The position numbers were made by a program, and so were the translations under genes. A stretch of DNA of 64,000 nt from Camelus ferus. Lineage: Eukaryota. Positions 62,550 to 64,000 of the stretch are shown here, piece after piece. The notes under the pieces are model-generated. The model had not been told where the DNA came from, did not search any database, and was given only the letters and a program-made list of their open reading frames with translations. Every line of letters starts with the position of its first letter. The stretch's first letter is position 1. The stretch covers positions 76,138,001 through 76,202,000 of the forward strand of contig NC_045696.1 of NCBI RefSeq assembly GCF_009834535.1. Direction: 5' to 3'.

Positions 62550-64000
62550 CGAATGCAGGTAACAAGGAGGTTAGTTTACCTGAGAGCATCTGAGAAACGC
62601 TATTCAATGTGTGGTCCAAGGACAGGTGTTGGTTACATATGAAATAAATGCAGAAACTGAGAATAAACATTTAGAATCGCTTATAGCCATTGACAAAGTA
62701 AAATCATGTCTCCTGAGTCTAATAATAAAAAATTACGACTTGTGCTTTGTATGTCTGTGAACAGCGTAGAAATTTTAAAAAGAAAGGAAAGCAGCAAGGA
62801 AGAGAAAAAGAAGGAATCTGGCCTTTTCTCACAGAGAATTTGAGCAGCACTGTCCTAAATGAACCGGGCTTGACCTGGACCCCGCAGAGGAGGGGGACTT
62901 CCCCACCAAATAAGTGGAAGAAGGTGGGACAAGGATGGTCAGAAGCACCAACTCAGAGGAGAGGGTGCAGGGAATTAATGAGAAATAACAAACCAGTGAC
63001 ATGAGACGATTCTACTGTATGTGGATTTTACTGTATGTGGGAAGAAAACCCACAACAAGTGAACAATACCAAAGGTTAGGAGATTTCATTCCAAGCTGAA
63101 GAGTCTGGACCTTATTGCACTGGCAATGGAGAACTATGGAAAGTTTTTGACTAGAAAGTACCATAATGGATTCTGCACATGGGTAGAAGATGCTCAGTAG
63201 CTCCTTGGTAATTGAACTCATTTGCCTCAGTGGCTTTCACTTAAATGCCTACCTAGGCAGGCAGACCCCATAAGCAGAAGGGCAAGGCTTGGCCATCTAA
63301 CTAGCACTTGCCTCATCTGATGGACCTACTATCTAGATCCAGCAACTATTTTCATCTGGATTATACACTCCATGTGCCAGATATACAATCTTTCAAGAGA
63401 AGCTGAAAACCTGTACCTATATAGGTACTCCTAAATTTCAAATGTTAACACTAATTCAAAAACTTGTTAAAAGATACTGTTAAGGCCAAAACAAACAGGT
63501 CTGAAAGTTGGATTTGAGGTTCAGGTCCCCAATATGTACCTCTGCTTTTGCACATAAAAAAGAGATTTATTAGGTCTTCTAAAGTGATAAGCTGCTCCTC
63601 ACATATTTTTTGGTCCCCAAAGCCTATGAAGATTATTTTTATACTCAAAAATATAATGTCTATACTGTCCTGTGGTCCTCTGTCTCCAGAGATGATTGCT
63701 GGCATTAGTGATTACTGCTGATGTGTGCTGCTGATATGACCAAATCTCATGCATCCCTCAGTTCCTTCTCTCTTCGTTCAGCAGTAAAAATTATGTGCAA
63801 TTATAGCCACCCTTTATAGCCCCTGTAAGTACTACCATCGCTAAGAGGTAGAACTGTGTCTGATTTTTAGTATCTTTATCTCTTAAAACCAGAGTACTCA
63901 GCACTCTTAATCCTGGACTGAAACTGGGCTACTCTATCCAGCCCCCAGTGAAATAGCAGGGCATTCTGCCCAGGGCATTTCACTTTTCCCTTTTCTCTGG

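Noticed and set aside
62392..62670. ORF with a repeated VYTST 12-aa unit
   Set aside because: Explained by the 36-bp tandem duplication; no other coding signal.
1..64000. CRISPR arrays, operons, rRNA or other prokaryotic systems
   Set aside because: The sequence is mammalian and repeat-rich; no repeat-spacer array or dense coding structure is present.

Overview
This is AT-rich, repeat-dense mammalian DNA, intergenic or deep intronic, with one 100-N assembly gap (28388-28487). Two tRNA-derived SINEs (GGGTATAGCTCA-type head, CCTAA(C/T)TA core) and the young L1 3' ends point to a camelid genome; this is inferred from recalled repeat consensus, with no database search. I found no recognisable cellular protein-coding exon. 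The only ORFs with recognisable products are transposon relics: L1 ORF2 C-terminal pieces and a Tigger7/MER44 transposase N-terminal fragment. The window is a mosaic of L1, L2, CR1/L3, MIR, MaLR/ERVL/ERV1 LTRs and hAT/Tigger DNA transposons, several nested or with visible TSDs. The most unusual structure is a 206-bp inverted repeat (19010-19215 / 19989-20194, 5 mismatches, 773-bp spacer) built mostly from non-repeat sequence plus part of an ancient MIR. Other observations are a young solo ERV1 LTR with a duplicated terminus, a twin-primed L1, ultra-short L1 insertions, a templated-insertion scar, candidate exons with good splice signals on both strands, and some enhancer-like motif clusters. 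I cannot support a novel biological system here. Repeat family names and boundaries are by-eye calls.
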